Positions 39,246 through 53,999 of a stretch of DNA of 64,000 nt are shown in pieces. Numbering within the stretch: position 1 is the first letter of the stretch; the number at the start of each line of letters is the position of its first letter. Where the stretch lies: the NCBI RefSeq assembly GCF_009914755.1, contig NC_060948.1; one strand, given 5' to 3'. The position numbers and the translations under genes were made by a program. Under the pieces are notes generated by a model. The model had not been told where the DNA came from. It ran no database searches and was given only the letters and a program-made list of their open reading frames with translations. Origin of the DNA: the human T2T-CHM13v2.0 reference genome, Homo sapiens.

Positions 39246-40519
39246 AAGTTGTGAATATAAATTATTTTGCTGGGGTTCTTGGGAAAATAAAATACCATGT
39301 ATACATTCTCACTCAGCATAGCAGTGGAAACTAAATAAATCACATGATAATCCAAATACAGAAACACATGCACTAGGTTGATTATATTGTTTTTGTTAAT
39401 TTAATACAATGGATGACTTTTTATTAGTGAATAACATAGTAAGTAGCAGGAATTACTTTTCTATTGACTTCCATGATATTTCCTGAAATCATTGGCTGTA
39501 ACTCCTTTAGAAAAGATAGCCAGTAACAGACTCAGAGACAGTTCTTTTTCAACATTTAATAAAGAATATCAGGCATTGGATACAGAATTTATAAAGAATG
39601 GTAATGCTTGTTTAAATCACAATTGTTGGTGCCTTTCTGTTTATCAGAAACCCAAACCATTCTGAGGCCTTTATATATTTTGGAGATGAAAGAGTGAAAA
39701 ACATGAACACACCAGAACTGAGACTATATTAAAATCAGAGTACTGAATATTATAATTTCTTTCTCAGCCAAAGAAAATGGTTCTTTGAAGCCATCCAGCC
39801 TTGTAAACAAATTGTGCTAATGTGCTAGGGTTTAGTGGAGAAGGGACATCATTAAATGGTTTTCTATGACCTAAACGACTGTCAAGGAAAGCTCCCATTT
39901 CTTTCTCAGCTCAGTGATTTCTCATCCAATTTCCTTTATTTTTACCTTGGCAGAATGACAGCTTGGTACATTATTTTCTCTCTCATCATCTTTATCTCTT
40001 GATAAGCAAATGAATTTATTTTTAAACAAAAGTCAAATGAATGACAAACTTTGGATATCTGGTCAGGCAGAAAAGTGTATGTAGATAAATAGATCAGTTG
40101 CACGACAATTCTTAGGCAAATATTTGGGGAACCTTAAAATGGCAACAACAGTGGAAATGAGAATAATCTTTTAACATTTGCTGAATAGCCTTTAAATGAT
40201 GAGAGTCTGTGGTGTCCTAAAGCCCACATATGCAAATAGGGCAAACATCCAAAGTTGTTTTTCCACTAAAGAGCATGCCTTCCCTAATAAGGCTGCCTGG
40301 GGCATCTTATTATTCTTGATTTTGGGCAAAGCATGGCTTTCAAAGACACCAAGAATCACACATCATTTCTGGGGAAATTGAGGGTGGAGGAAGCTTAAGG
40401 GTGACTCAGTCATGCAAAGCATCCTTGTCTCCTGAGGAAAAAATTGTGTGGTCCATTTTTCTTTCATTTACCAAGCAACTTGGGAACAAATAATTGTATC
40501 TGCATGATGGGAGAAAACT

Positions 40520-41580
40520 CTTTTTTTGAAAATGTTTTTGATATGAAATATGTCTGAAACACAGTAATACCTAGTGGCTAGTACAATATTTCATATGTAA
40601 ACACCTTATGAATACTCCACACAGCCCTGAAATGTCTGAATGTTTTGAAATGGTTTTGTAATCATCTTCTTCATTCATTTCTTAACTTTAAAATTGTTGT
40701 ATCTTCATCTTTCAGAGAGTTTTTGTCAGGTCAAAAGAATTTTTTTTAGTTTACTGGAAGTTTGTCTTCCAGTTAATTATCATTAACATTTGTTGAATGC
40801 TTTATTAAATTATGACTTGTGTTCTTTATTCTGTGGATGCAATAGTTCATACTCATATATTTTTCAATAATCAAATATTCTTGGGTTTCTAGAATAAACC
40901 TAAATTGATTGTGATTGATTTTTGTAACCTAGCTGAATTCACTTTTCTATTTTCATTTAGGATATTTACAATCATATCCATATGTACATTGTTATAGTTT
41001 TCTTACAAGACTCTGGTTTTTCATCACGTATTTTATTTTATTAAAAAAATATATTCAGTGAAGGTTATAATGTTCTCATAAACGTAGATGGAAAGTGTAT
41101 GTGTGTGGGTTTGTGTGTAAGTGTGTTTGCATGAAATTCTGATTTGAACATGCATCTCTGAAATAAACCTCAGCATCCTTCTTGGTTGACTGATGGGGAA
41201 TGAAATACAAAAGTACCAGTGAGCATCAGCGAATGTAGAGAAGTTGAGTGAGGGTGAAGCTGAAGGATATGAAAAGGAAGTTTTTCAAGATCTATCAAGA
41301 GATTATCTCAAAGCCTGATTTTGTATTTAAAATGAAGACCTGCTTATGAACACGTAGTGGTGTTCCTCCGCCTAAAACATTCTTGCTTTTTGAAAACATA
41401 TGATAGATTATTGTTAACACTACTCATCTTACAGTGCTTTAGAGCGTTAAAATTTATTCCTCTTATCTAGCCATAATTTTGTATCCGTTAACCAACCAGT
41501 CCCTATCTTCCTTCCCTTCCCCTTCCCAGCCTCTAATAACTGAAATACTCCCTACTTCTATGACATGGTTGTTATTATCA
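40520..41580 (-). mobile_element. Old L1M fragments
   Basis: T-rich L1-like segments (ttctagaataaacc...gatattt; cccttcccagcctctaataac). Confidence 0.55.
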
Positions 41581-41698
41581 GCATATGTATACATGTTATT
41601 ATAAAGAATATTCATGTTTTCTTCAGTTTCAAAGTCCTCCCTCATTTCTTGATATTTGTAGGGACTGTTATTTTAACAATAGAATATGATCTCACAAG

Positions 41699-42104
41699 TG
41701 TTATGGGCTAAATTGCATGTCCTTAAAATGTATACATTGAAGTCCTACCAAGTCCTAATCCCAAAACTTCAGAATGTGACTCTCTGTGAAAATGGGTTCT
41801 TTGAAGAGGTAATTAAAGTAAAATGAGGTTACTAAACTGGGCCCTGATTCAGTTGGACTGGTATCCTTATAAGAATAAGAGATGAGGACACAGCCACATG
41901 CAGAGGCATGACCCTGTGAGGACACAAGGAGAAGAAGAAGACAGCATCTACAAGCCAAGAAGAGACGACTCAGGAGAAATCAGCCCTGCTCACACCTTGA
42001 TCTCAGGCTACCAGCCTTCAGAATCATGAGAAAATAAAATCCTTTTGTTTAAGCCTGCCAGTCTCTGGTATTTTTGTTATTGGCAGCCTTGGGACATTAA
42101 CACA
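41699..42104 (+). mobile_element. MLT1B/C-like MaLR LTR
   Basis: tgttatgggctaaattg...caccttgatctcagg...gtttaagcc...ggcagcc. Confidence 0.85.
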
Positions 42105-42884
42105 AGACATTGCATAATACACTGAAGAGAATATAGACTATATTTTAACTATTCACTTGAATTTTTAAATAATTTTTCTATTGATGCAACCATTAACTAT
42201 ATTCAGTAATATATAAAATTTCTGTCATAAATGATATTAAGTATTAAATTAATTAAAAATATATTCCACTACTAGCATTATTCATTTAATAAAAATGATT
42301 ATTAAGAGAAAAATAAGACATTTTATGTAAATTGTATTACAAATGGAATATTTTTGTGTTTTTAAAAGCTCAGTGTCCAGGAAAGACTCCAGCTCCATTT
42401 CTGAGTCTAATTCCAACTGTGGTGAGCTCTGCAGTTTCTATTTAGCTGCAGTTGAATTTTCTGAACTCAACCGGTCTACTTAAATTGTCACATTTTCCAT
42501 CTTGGGCTGACCTCAGGGTTAAAGTCTGCCCTTGGATTTGTAAAATCCTCCTTCTAGCAAGTTACCAGTGAAAACAAATAACTAAATATCACCACTGAAA
42601 TATTGTTCTGTGAGTTTTACGATTTTAACTGTCCTCCTAAAAGTTTAGGATAACTTTATAAAAAATCCCAAATGACATTCTTTCTACACAGTTACCATTG
42701 GATCATCACCGTCAAAATTCATCTAAGATGATAAGACCTGCTTTTGAGGGCATATACACAGAAAAGTTAAACATTATATGAAATGTCATGAATCCAAGGT
42801 TGGCACTCAGGTATTTAATTTTATTTATTCTAAGTAATTTAATATTTATTCTAAGCATACACATTATTCTAAGTCACTTTAGTA

Positions 42885-43250
42885 GTATAAATATATACTA
42901 TATACTGGATATTATATATCCAATATTATATGTATATATTAGTATATAGTATGTACACTAGGTACATTATATTTATATATACATAGTATATATAGTTGGT
43001 ATTTGTATTGTATATATGTGTAGTGTATATATTATATATGATGTACTCTATAATATTGTATATATACTATATGTAATATGTAGTGTGTATATACACTAAT
43101 GTGTATATATACACACATATACTATATGTAATATAGTATATATACTATATATAAGGTATATATAATATAGTATGTATATGATATAAAATGTGTGTGTATA
43201 TACACACACACTCCCCAATACACACAGGCACACACATGCACACATGTACA
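42885..43250. repeat. TA-rich low-complexity tract and (CA)n
   Basis: Directly visible. Confidence 0.85.
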
Positions 43251-43255
43251 CATTA

Positions 43256-43941
43256 CAGTAACTCCCAATTACACATTGTTGATACATTCTTGGGAGCTCT
43301 GACTTCAAGTAAAGCATTGTACTGTACTGTATTGAAAAAAACACATTTATCCAGGTGCAGTGGTTCACATCTGTAATCCTAGCACTTTGAGAGGCTGAGG
43401 CAGGTGAGTCACTTGAGCTCGGGAGTTTGAGACCCATATGGGCAATATGGCAAAACTCTGTCTCTTAAAATAATACAAACAAAAATTGGCTTGGTGTGGT
43501 GGCATGGACCTGTAGTCTCAGCTACTCAGTAGGCTGAGGTGAGAGACTCTCTTGAGCCCAGGAACTTGAGGCTGCTCTGAGCTAGGACTACACCACTACA
43601 CTCCAGCCTGGGCAAGACAGTGAGACACAGTCTTGAAAATAAAATTAGATGTTCACTCTAAAATAACAATTAAAAGTATAGAATAGCAAATGCATAAACC
43701 ATTAACACAGTAGTTTGTTATTATGAGGTATTATGTAGTGACCATAACTGTATGTGCTAGACTTTAATATGACTGGCACTGCAGTAGTTTTGTTTACACA
43801 AGGATCACCATAAGTACATGAGAAATGCAAGACTTTAGGACAATTACAAACTCAGTAAGCAATAGGAATTTTTCAGTTTTATTATAACCTCATGGGACCA
43901 CTGTCATCTATGACCACGATGTTATGAGGTGTGTGGCTGTA
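43256..43941 (-). mobile_element. MER47A-like (Tigger) element interrupted by an AluJ at ~43350-43645
   Basis: ataggaatttttcag...ttataacctcatgggaccactgtc; cagtaa..cttggga..ctgactt terminus. Confidence 0.7.
43350..43645 (+). mobile_element. AluJ
   Basis: cttgagcccagga..gaggctgc..tgagcta. Confidence 0.85.
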
Positions 43942-44074
43942 GATAGGTTTGTAATCACAAATTGTTTTGCCATAATTTCAGTAAGCGGTCCATTTTAATA
44001 CAATAGATATTAAAATATTTGAATATCTCAAGTATGGCATGCACCCATAGGCATTTTAGACAGGCAGCCCTTTA

Positions 44075-44260
44075 TGGGGGTTGAGCGCTGAACCTTGGGC
44101 ACTGGGCTGGTCAGGCTGAGTTCTTATCTGAGATGTCCCTCTTACCTATGGCAGGAGACATAACTCACTGGGTCTCAATGTCTTCATCTATAAACGTGGG
44201 ATGGAATTTTTTTTTTCTCCAGAGGGTGTTGGCTTGAAGTAATTAAATAATAATACTCTA
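44075..44260 (+). mobile_element. MIR fragment
   Basis: taactcactgggtctcaatgtcttcatctataaa core-like. Confidence 0.5.
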
Positions 44261-44596
44261 CCGTTAGAGTGTGCCAGCAGGTAGTAAAAGTTCAATGCAT
44301 GTTTATTACTTTCATCAGTAATTTGGGGGAAAAATACATTTTTACCCAGCCATCCCTGAAAAATAACTTCAATGCCATTCAATATTTTAAATATTCAATT
44401 GTTAGCTGTATGCCAGAAAGTGTGATAGCATCAGGTACATAATTGTAAACTGTGGTAGTTTTTTTTGTTTTGTTTTGTTTTGTTTCCCTTATCAAGAAAT
44501 TTTAAGGGAGTGTTTCTGAACTGCAGGACTTCTGATATTTGGGGCTGATTTGTGTGTGTATGTGTGTGTGCAGGGCCACGATATATATTGCAGGGG

Positions 44597-44975
44597 TGAT
44601 ATGATTTGGATCTGTGTCCCTGCCTAAATCTCATGTAAAATTGTAGTACCCAGTGTTGGAGTTGGGGCCTGGTGGGAGGTGTCTGGATCATGGAGGTGTT
44701 TGTCCTAAACGCTTTCACACCATCCCCTTGGTGTTGATTTTATGATCCTGAATGAGTTGCTGTGAAGGCTGATTGTTTTAAAGTGTGTGGCATCTCCCCC
44801 TTCTCTTTCTTGCTCCTGCTCTGGCCCTGTAAGATGTGACTGCTTCTGCTTTTCTTTCCGCCATGATTGTAAGCTTCCTGAGGCCTCCTCAGAAGCAGAA
44901 CCCACCATCCATGTTTCCTCTACAGCCTTACAGCCTGCAGAACTCTGATCCAATTAAACCTCTTTTTTTTTCGTA
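44597..44975 (+). mobile_element. MSTA/MSTB MaLR LTR
   Basis: tgatatgatttggatctgtgtccc...ccatgattgtaagcttcctgaggcctcc...caattaaacctct. Confidence 0.85.
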
Positions 44976-45014
44976 AAGAAGAATAGTATTTCTATGTAGC
45001 TAATACAGGAGATT

Positions 45015-45160
45015 TAACCACATCTCTGATCTCCACGGGATAGAAGACAGTAGCCTCTTCTCAGTTCTCATTTCACAGCTGTGACAACTAAAAATGTCTC
45101 CAAACACTGCCAGATGTCCTGTTCCCAGGGGCAAACTTGCCTCCGTTTGGAAACTGCTGC
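45015..45160. mobile_element. MER20 fragment
   Basis: tgtgacaactaaaaatgtctccaaacactgccagatgtcc...ggggcaaa. Confidence 0.75.
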
Positions 45161-46131
45161 CTTAAAGAATTAGTAGCTTAGCAACTGCACAGGAAGATGT
45201 GTAAAGCACTTACAAAAAAGTTACAAGTGAAACCATCTTGGTATACACTGGGAGACCCTGCCTGGGCAAAGCTGATCAGGAAAGGTTTCTGCAGGAGTAT
45301 GTCTTTAAAATGGACCTGAAGGTTGGATATAGTTAAGCCACAAAGTGTGAACAGGGTGGAAGAAAATCTGTGAATAAACCTAATATGGAAGAATAAGTTG
45401 CATTTCAGGAAGTGAAAGTTCAGTGTGGCCAGAATACATAGAATAAGCAAAAAGAAGTATGTTGAGGGATACTTCCAGAAAGAGAAGTAGGAGACAGATT
45501 GTAATGTTTCTTATATACCCTTTATCCTGAAAGCAATAAAAATCCATTCAAGAATTATGCAGTGAGGTAGTATATTAATTATAGTAGTATATAAATTAGG
45601 GTTGACTGTAAGTGAAAAGATAACCTCAATAAAACAAGAAAAAAGAGTTCTTTCATCTTGTTTCTCCACTACTCTCAATACATAACTTCTACCCATGTAG
45701 TCCAAAGTGGCTTCTGAACTTCCAGCCATTAGGTCTGCATCACACTGGCAGTAAGAATAATTTCTCTAAGGAATTAGAAATCCCTCCTTTTTAGGATTAT
45801 TTCTTGAAGTTCAAATATCACTTCTTACATCCTATGGGTTGAAAATTAATCACTAATGCAAGCAAAGTAAAAGAATAAGGATTTTTTTCTGAGTGGCCAT
45901 GATATCAGATAAAAGTAATAAGATCTGAAAATTACTGGAATTGATTGACATATGAAGGCACACAACTAGAAGTTTTATAACTATAATAGAACCATTTCAT
46001 TAGATCCAGTCCTGGAAATTACAGCCATCATTCCTACCTCTAATATACATTAGCATCTTAACCTAAATACCTGATGCGTGAAGATATGATTGAGGAGCGA
46101 TTAGTTTTTCAGTCTTATATTAAGAAATATA

Positions 46132-46438
<307 letters not shown>

Positions 46439-46589
46439 AATATAGTTTGGCACTAGAGAACATTTTTACTTTCCAATCTGTCCAATACTTTATAAAGTTG
46501 AAAATATTTGGAAGAAAACAAGTAAAATATTAGTAACTCACACCCTATGTCCCTGTTTCTCTGTAATAACTAAACACATGAATCTGATC

Positions 46590-46822
46590 AATTTTCTTCC
46601 TTTCTCCCTCCTTCCTTTTTCTTTCCTATCTTTTTTCTTTCTCTATTCTTTCTTTTCTTTCCTTCTTTCTTTTCTATTTCTTTCCTTCCTTTCTTTTTTC
46701 CTACTTCCTTCCTTTGTTTCTCCCTTCCTTCCTTTACTTCTCTTTTTCCTTCCCTCCTTTCCTTCCTTGTTTTCTTCCTTCCTTCTTCCCCTCCCCTCCT
46801 CCTCTACCCTCCCTTTCCTTTC
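46590..46822. repeat. CT-rich (TTCC-like) low-complexity tract
   Basis: Polypyrimidine tract. Confidence 0.9.
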
Positions 46823-46959
46823 ATGCATTGCATACCCAGGTAGATGTAGGAAATTGTCCCACAAATTGTAAGTTGATATTATCTAGCAACTACAGTATTA
46901 TCTATGCAGGTAAAATTTAAATTTATCTTCACACAGTGTTTATAGTGGACTTATTAACA

Positions 46960-47380
46960 CTTGAATTCACCTCAACAGGAGAATAAATAAACAAATGGTG
47001 GTACATTCACACAGTGTAAGATAACTCAATAATAAAAAAGAAAAAAACTGTACACAAGCAAAACCTTGAAGAATTTCCAAGCATAAAAATCTAAGAGGAA
47101 GATGTCAGATGCAAAAATCTATATACTGAAACAGCTATGTATATAAGATTCCAAAACAGACACAACTACAGGAAGAGCCTTAAATCAGGGGTTGCCAAGA
47201 CTAGGAGTTAGGGGAGACTCTGACTGCAAAAGATTAGGATGAAAGTACAGAGATGTTCTTTATCTTGATTGTGGTGGTGGTCCTGTGACTATACAACTTT
47301 GTCAAAAGTTGCAGAACTTCACATACACCAAAAGTATACATTTTACAGTTGAAAATTATATCTTAAAAATCTGAAAAATG
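46960..47380 (+). mobile_element. Old L1ME/MD 3' UTR fragment
   Basis: caacaggagaataaataaacaaatggtggtacattcac; atgttctttatcttgattgtggtggtgg. Confidence 0.65.
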
Positions 47381-47521
47381 TTTATAGGAAACATTGTTTT
47401 CATTTGATGAATGACTCAAAATACAGGAATAGGTGACCTATCAGGAAAACCTGCTTTAAAATATCTCAAATATTGAAATTTCTAGATTTCTGTAGAATGT
47501 TTCATCAGAATGGCATTTACT

Positions 47522-47830
47522 GGCCAGACACGGTGGCTCACTCCTGTAATCCCAACATTTTGGGAGGTCGAGGCAGATCACAAAGTCAGAAGTTTGAGAC
47601 CATCTTGGCCAATATGGTGAAACCCTGTCTCTACTAAACATACAAAAATTATCCGGGTCTGGTGTTGTTCACCTTAGTCCCAGATACTCAGGAGGCTGAG
47701 GCAAGAGAATCACTTAAACCCGGGAGGTGGAGGTTTCAATGAGCTGAGATTGTGCCACTGACTCCAGCCTGGGCAACTGAGCAAGACTCCATCTCATAAA
47801 ACAAAACAAAATAAAAACAAACAAGCAACC
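47522..47830 (+). mobile_element. AluS
   Basis: Full dimer. Confidence 0.9.
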
Positions 47831-47997
47831 CCCCCAAAAAAAACAAACACAGACACACACTAAAGAATGGCACTCCCTGAATTGTTGACATAACCATTGA
47901 GAGGGAATCAGTGATGCCTTTGTGAAAGGGGAAACAGATTAGAGGGAAGTCAAGGTGAATTTAGGAGAAGCAGTAAGCAGTATTATAAGAAAAAATA

Positions 47998-48817
<820 letters not shown>

Positions 48818-48921
48818 TCATGATTCAGCTCAAGTGTTTTCACTCCAGAAGTTACAGACTTAAAACAATATATGCTATGGAGAAAGTTATGAATGTGTAT
48901 CCTATTTAGAAATTGGTGGAA

Positions 48922-49272
48922 CCAGGCCTGACTAATCACCCTTGGGCTGGCAGCTGGATGCCAGTCTGGTGGCCCTTGCTCATGCAGTGATTTCTGGCAG
49001 AGATGGTGAGGGTCACACCCACTGCTGGACAGTGTGAGTCAGGGGCAGCCTGGACTGATGCCATGGCATTTCTGCTTGCTAAAGATGCCAGCCTGCAGAG
49101 CCTGGCCAGGAAGATCTCCTCCCAGCCAGCCCAGAGTCAGAGGTGGGTATGTGGGCTGGCAAAACTCAAGGCTCAGAAACTGTAGGGCCCCAAAAAAAGA
49201 AAAGGAAGAAAATACACATAAAATTTCCAGAAGGGAGAAGATAAGGCTGCTGAGCACAAGGCCTAGTCCCAC
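48922..49272 (+). pseudogene. SURF6P1: SURF6 processed pseudogene, 5' part (5' UTR and N-terminus)
   Basis: ATG at 49063 gives MAFLLAKDASLQSLARKIS vs SURF6 MASLLAKDAYLQSLAKKIC; then AGKTQGSETVGPQKKKRKK in a shifted frame. Confidence 0.9.
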
Positions 49273-50667
49273 TGTGTCCAGAATTGGTGGGTTCTTGGTC
49301 TTGCTGACTTCAAGAATGAAGCCACAGGCCCTCGTGGTGAGTGTTACAGTTCTTAAGGATAGTGTGTCTGGAGTTTGTGTCTTCAGATGTTCAGATGTGT
49401 TTGGAATTTCTTCCTTCTGGTTGGTTCATGTTCTCGTTGACTTCAGGAGTGAAGCTGCAGACCTTGGCGGTGAGTGTTACAGCTCTTAAAGGCAGCATTT
49501 CTGGAGTTGTTCATTCCTCCCATCCAGAGTTGTTTGTCCCTCCCAGTGGGTTCATGGTCTCGCTGGCTTCAGCAGTGAGTAAAGCTGCAGAAATTGGAGT
49601 GAGTGTTACAGCTCATAAAGGTGGCGCAGACCTAAAGAGTGAGCAGCAGCAAGATTTATTGTGAAGAGTGAAAGAACAAAGCTTCCACAGCGTGGAAGGG
49701 GACCTGACTGGGTTGCCACTGCTGGCTCAGGCAGCCTGCTTTTATTCCCTTATCAGACCCCACATCCTACTGATTGGCCCATTGTACAGAGAGCTGATTG
49801 GTCTGTTTTGACACGGTGCTGATTGGTGTGCTTACAATCCCTCAGCAAGACACAGAATGCTGATTTCTGTATTTACAATCCTCTAGTTAGACATTAAAGT
49901 TCTCCAAGTCCCCACTAGATTAGCTAGACACAGAGCACTGATTGTTGCTTTTACAAACCTTGAGCTAGAAACAGGGTGCTGATTGGTGCATTTACAATCC
50001 TATAGCTAGTCATAAAAGTTCTACAAGTTCCCACCTGACATAGGAGCCCAGGTGGCTTTGCCTAGTGGATCCCATGCCAGGGCTGTGGGTGGAGCTGCCT
50101 GCCAGTCCCACACCAAGCGCTTGCACTCCTCAGCCCTTGGGCAGTTGATGGGACAGGGTGCTGTGGAGCAGGGGGCGGTGCCCAGCAGGGAAGCCCAGGA
50201 TGCACAGGAGCCCACTGTGGGGGGCTCAGGCATGCTGGGCTGCAAGTCCCAAGCCCTGCCCATGGGGAGGTGGCTGAGGCCTGGTGATAATTCAAGTGTG
50301 GTGCAGGTGGGCCAGCTGTGCTGGGGGACCCAGCACACCCTCCACAGCCACTGGCCTGGGTGTTAAGCCCCTCACTGCCTGGGCCAGAGGCACCAGCTGG
50401 CTGCTTCAAGTGCAGGTCCCACTGAGTCTGCACCCACCCAGAACTCGCACTGGTGCATGAGGGGTGTGCACAGCCTCGGTTCCCACCCACACCTCTCCCT
50501 CCACACCTCCCCACAGAGGGAGCCAGTTCTGGCCTTGGCCAGTCCAGAGAGGAGCTCCCACAGTGCAGCAGTGGGCTGAAACCCTCCTCAAACATGGCCA
50601 GAGTGGATGCCAAGGCCAACGAGATGCTGAGATCAAGTGAGAACTGCAAGCATGCTGTCACCTCTCA
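49273..50667 (-). mobile_element. LTR12 (ERV9) 3' LTR, complete
   Basis: tgtgtccagaattggtgggttcttggtc...gctgtcacctctca; repeated gctgattgg boxes; PPT adjacent at 50668-50680. Confidence 0.95.
49740..50020 (-). promoter_or_regulatory. LTR12 U3 promoter/enhancer repeats with CCAAT (NF-Y) boxes
   Basis: ctgattgg at ~49770, 49794, 49819, 49979 plus two degenerate copies; AATAAA TATA-like box (reverse strand) at ~49741. Confidence 0.75.
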
Positions 50668-50719
50668 ATCCCCTCTCTAAACATGACACCCCAACTGTTG
50701 TTGGTAATTTGGCGATGAC

Positions 50720-51540
50720 CGTTCTAGCTACTTCCTGTTGGATAGGGGTGATGAAGGGGCCCTGCAGTTGTAGTGTCCTACAGAGGGGAGCTCCCTAGGC
50801 TAGTGGAAGTGCCAGTGGGTCACTCCAGGGGTCCTCGGTAGAAGTTGTTAGTTGAACTCGTTTGGGGTTCCATTTGTAAGACCATCTGCACCTTGATGGC
50901 CTCAATTCTAGAGTAAACAAATTTAACAAGGAGGTTAAAAATACACGGTCCAAAGGCGAGTAATAGCCAGATGGCTGACACGGGACCTAGAAAGGGGAGA
51001 AGCCATGTTGCTTAACTCTAGAGGTTGGTATAAGAATTTGAAAGGCATTGTCTGATTTCAGAAGTCTTTTCCTGTAAACACCAGGCAGCATCTCGCACAA
51101 TCCCTGACTGGTTAGTGTAAAAACAACACTCTTCTCCTAAGAAGGTACAGAGTCCTCCTTTCTCAGCAGTGAGGATGTCTAGGCCTCAGTGGTTTTGGAG
51201 AGTCACTGCTGCCAAAGAGTCTGTTTGGGATTGTAGAGTAAGGATAGATTTAGTTATTTCTTGCAAACTGTCTGAAAAATCCTTTGAGTGTGTGGTAATA
51301 GGATAATGAAGTAGATAAACTGGCTATTCCAGTTCCTGTAGTGGCAGCCATTCCTAACCCTATAAGTAGGGGTACTAGTTTTATGGCTCTGCACTGACAG
51401 ACTTGAGCTTTGAGGGGTACTGATAGGGTCTGATTTCCTGGGGCAATGTTAAAGACTAACGTGCAGATGCCGTTCCAGTTAGTGGGGAGATATAGGTCAA
51501 CATTCCACATAAGAAGAATATACCTTGGCTGGGTAGGCAG
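50720..51540 (-). pseudogene. env: ERV9 env remnant (SU C-terminus and TM)
   Basis: ORF 51250-51750 C-terminal part; immunosuppressive-domain-like LQNH*GLDILTAEKGGLC near 51145-51200. Confidence 0.85.
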
Positions 51541-51779
51541 AACTTTACCTTGACTTTTAAAGGAATAGGGTACATTGTTTTTTTTCTCTACTAGTTCCAT
51601 CTCTCTTTCTTTCTCTTTGACTTCTTCTTTGTCTCTTCCTCTCTTTCTGACTCTCTCTTTGACTTTCTGTGTCTGTCTCTTCCTCTCTCTTTCTCTGACT
51701 TTCTCTTTCTCTTTCCTTCTTGCTGATCTTTCCCTGGCTCTGCCAGCCACTTATGCTGCTATTCTCTCCTCTCCTTCCC

Positions 51780-53960
51780 ATTTCGATGGCTTTGGCAGTG
51801 GAAGACTGCCACCTCCTTGGACTTTTCATTAAGTGCAATAAATCCATAATTTCCTTGTTGTATTTAATGGGGGTTCCCTCAGAGGTTAGGAACTCCCTTT
51901 CTTTCCATATTGCAGTATGGCCAGGTAGGATTAGATAAGCATACTTGCTATCTGTATATGCATTTATTCTTTTTCCCTTTTCTAGTTCTAAGGCTCTGGT
52001 AAGTGCCACTAGTTCTGCTCCCTGGGAACCGGTCCCCAGGGGAAGAGGCTTACTTTCAAGTGTGGTTACCTCAATAGCTATGGCATAACCTGCCCTTCAT
52101 ATCCAATTGTTCAAAAATGAGCTTCCATTGACATATAGGTTAAGGTCAGGATTAGCTAAGGGGAGTTCCAATAGATCATCTTGGGCAGCATAAGTCTGGA
52201 CTATAATCTGTTGGCACTCATGCTCCATTGGTTCCCTATCCTCTGGGAGAAAAGTGGCAGGGTTGACGGTCATGCACATGTGTATTTGAAACACTGGTCC
52301 CTCAAGGAATAGTGCCTGGTATCTAAGTAGGCAGTTGTCTGATAGCCATAAACTTCCTTTGGCACCTAGTGTGACATTTACATCATGAGTAGTCCAGACA
52401 GTGAGATCCTTTCCTTGTATTATCTTGATAGCCTCTGACACTAAGACAGCCACTGTCACAACTACACTTAAATAGTGAGGCCAGCCTTTTGCTACTACAT
52501 TATTTTCCTTATTTAGGTATGCCACTGGTTGTGGGGTTGTCCCATGAGTCTGAGGAGAAATCCAAGAGCTATCCCTACTCTCTCTGTGATATATAAAGAG
52601 AAGTTTTGTGCTGTGGGAAAGCTTAAAGCTGGAGCTTGTACTAGGGCCTGCTTTAAGGTTTTGAAGGTTGTTTCTGCCTCTGGTTCCTATTCTACTAGAT
52701 GAGTATTTGCCTTCTGAGTTTCCTTGATTAGAGTATAGAGGGGCCTGGATATCTTGCTGTTCCCTGGGATACATAATCGGCAAAAGCCAGTGATTCCAAG
52801 GAACCCCTACAACTGTTTTAATGTCTTAGGGTGACGATAAGCCAGAATGGGCTGTTTTCATTCCTTGCTGAGGGCCTTGGTCCCTCTGGCTATGATTAAG
52901 CCTAGATATTTGGCCTGCTGTAGGCAAAGCTGGGCCTTTGACCTAAACAGCTTGTACCCTTGATTAGCTAGAAAGTTCAAGAGATCTAGAGTAGCCTGCT
53001 GGCATGAGGCTTGAGAACTGGTAGCCAAAAGTAAATCATCCACATACTGAAGGACCAGAGTGGCTGGATTTGAGAAGTGGCCTAGATCTTGGGCCAGTGC
53101 CTGACCAAACAGGTGAAGCCTATCCCTAAACCCTTGGGGCAAGACTGTCCACGTAATTTGGGACATGTGGTCTGTGGGATCCTCAAAGGCAAAGAGAAAT
53201 TGGGAGTCAGAGTGCAGGGGAATAAAGAAGAAGTTATTCTTGAGGTCCAGAACCATGAACCATTCTGATTCCTCTGGTATTTGAGAGAGCAGGGTATAGG
53301 TGTTGGGTGCAACTGGATATAGAGAAATTACTGCCTCAGTGATGAGTCTAAGATCTTGTCCTAGTCTCCCCTGACTGTTCAATTTTTCTACTCATAGAAT
53401 TGGGGTGTTGCAGGTATTGCTGCATTTCCTTACTCAGGCTTGAGCTTTTAAATGTTTAACAATATCCTGTAATCCTTTATGAGCTTCAAGCCTTAAGGAA
53501 TATTGTCTTTGATAAGGAAAAGTGGTGGGGTCTTTGAGCTTGACTTGGAGTGGGTGGGCATTTTTTGCCCTTCCAAATTGTCCTTCCAATGCCCAGACTT
53601 CAGGGTCGATTCCCTCCTCAAGTAGGAGACAAAATATGGGTAACTTGTTCCCCATATTCATGTAGATAATAGCTCCAGCCTTGGCATATATATATCCCTC
53701 CCTAATAAGGGTGTGGGACTTTCAAGCATAACAAGAAAAACATGTGAAAAGAGTAAAGTCTCCCTATTACAACTGAGGAGATGGGAGAAATACCTGGTTA
53801 CAGGCTGTCCCAGGAGCCCTCAGATGGTAATGGACCTTGAGGACAGTCATCCAGGACAGGAGATTAACACTGAGAAAGCCATGCCAGTGTCCAGCAGGAA
53901 GTCAATTTCCTGGCCCTCAATGGTTAAACATACCTGGGGCTCACTGAGGGTGATGACATG
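51780..53960 (-). pseudogene. pol: ERV9 pro-pol remnant
   Basis: ORFs 52858-53382 (RT YVDD), 52097-52783 (tether), 51557-52009 (RNase H); protease LLDTG near 53890. Confidence 0.9.
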
Positions 53961-53999
53961 AGCTGGTGCTTGCCCCAGGCACCCTCATTCCTGTTGTTG

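Noticed and set aside
50021-50680. ORFs up to 199 aa
   Set aside because: GC-rich LTR12 U3, stop-poor by composition; no domain
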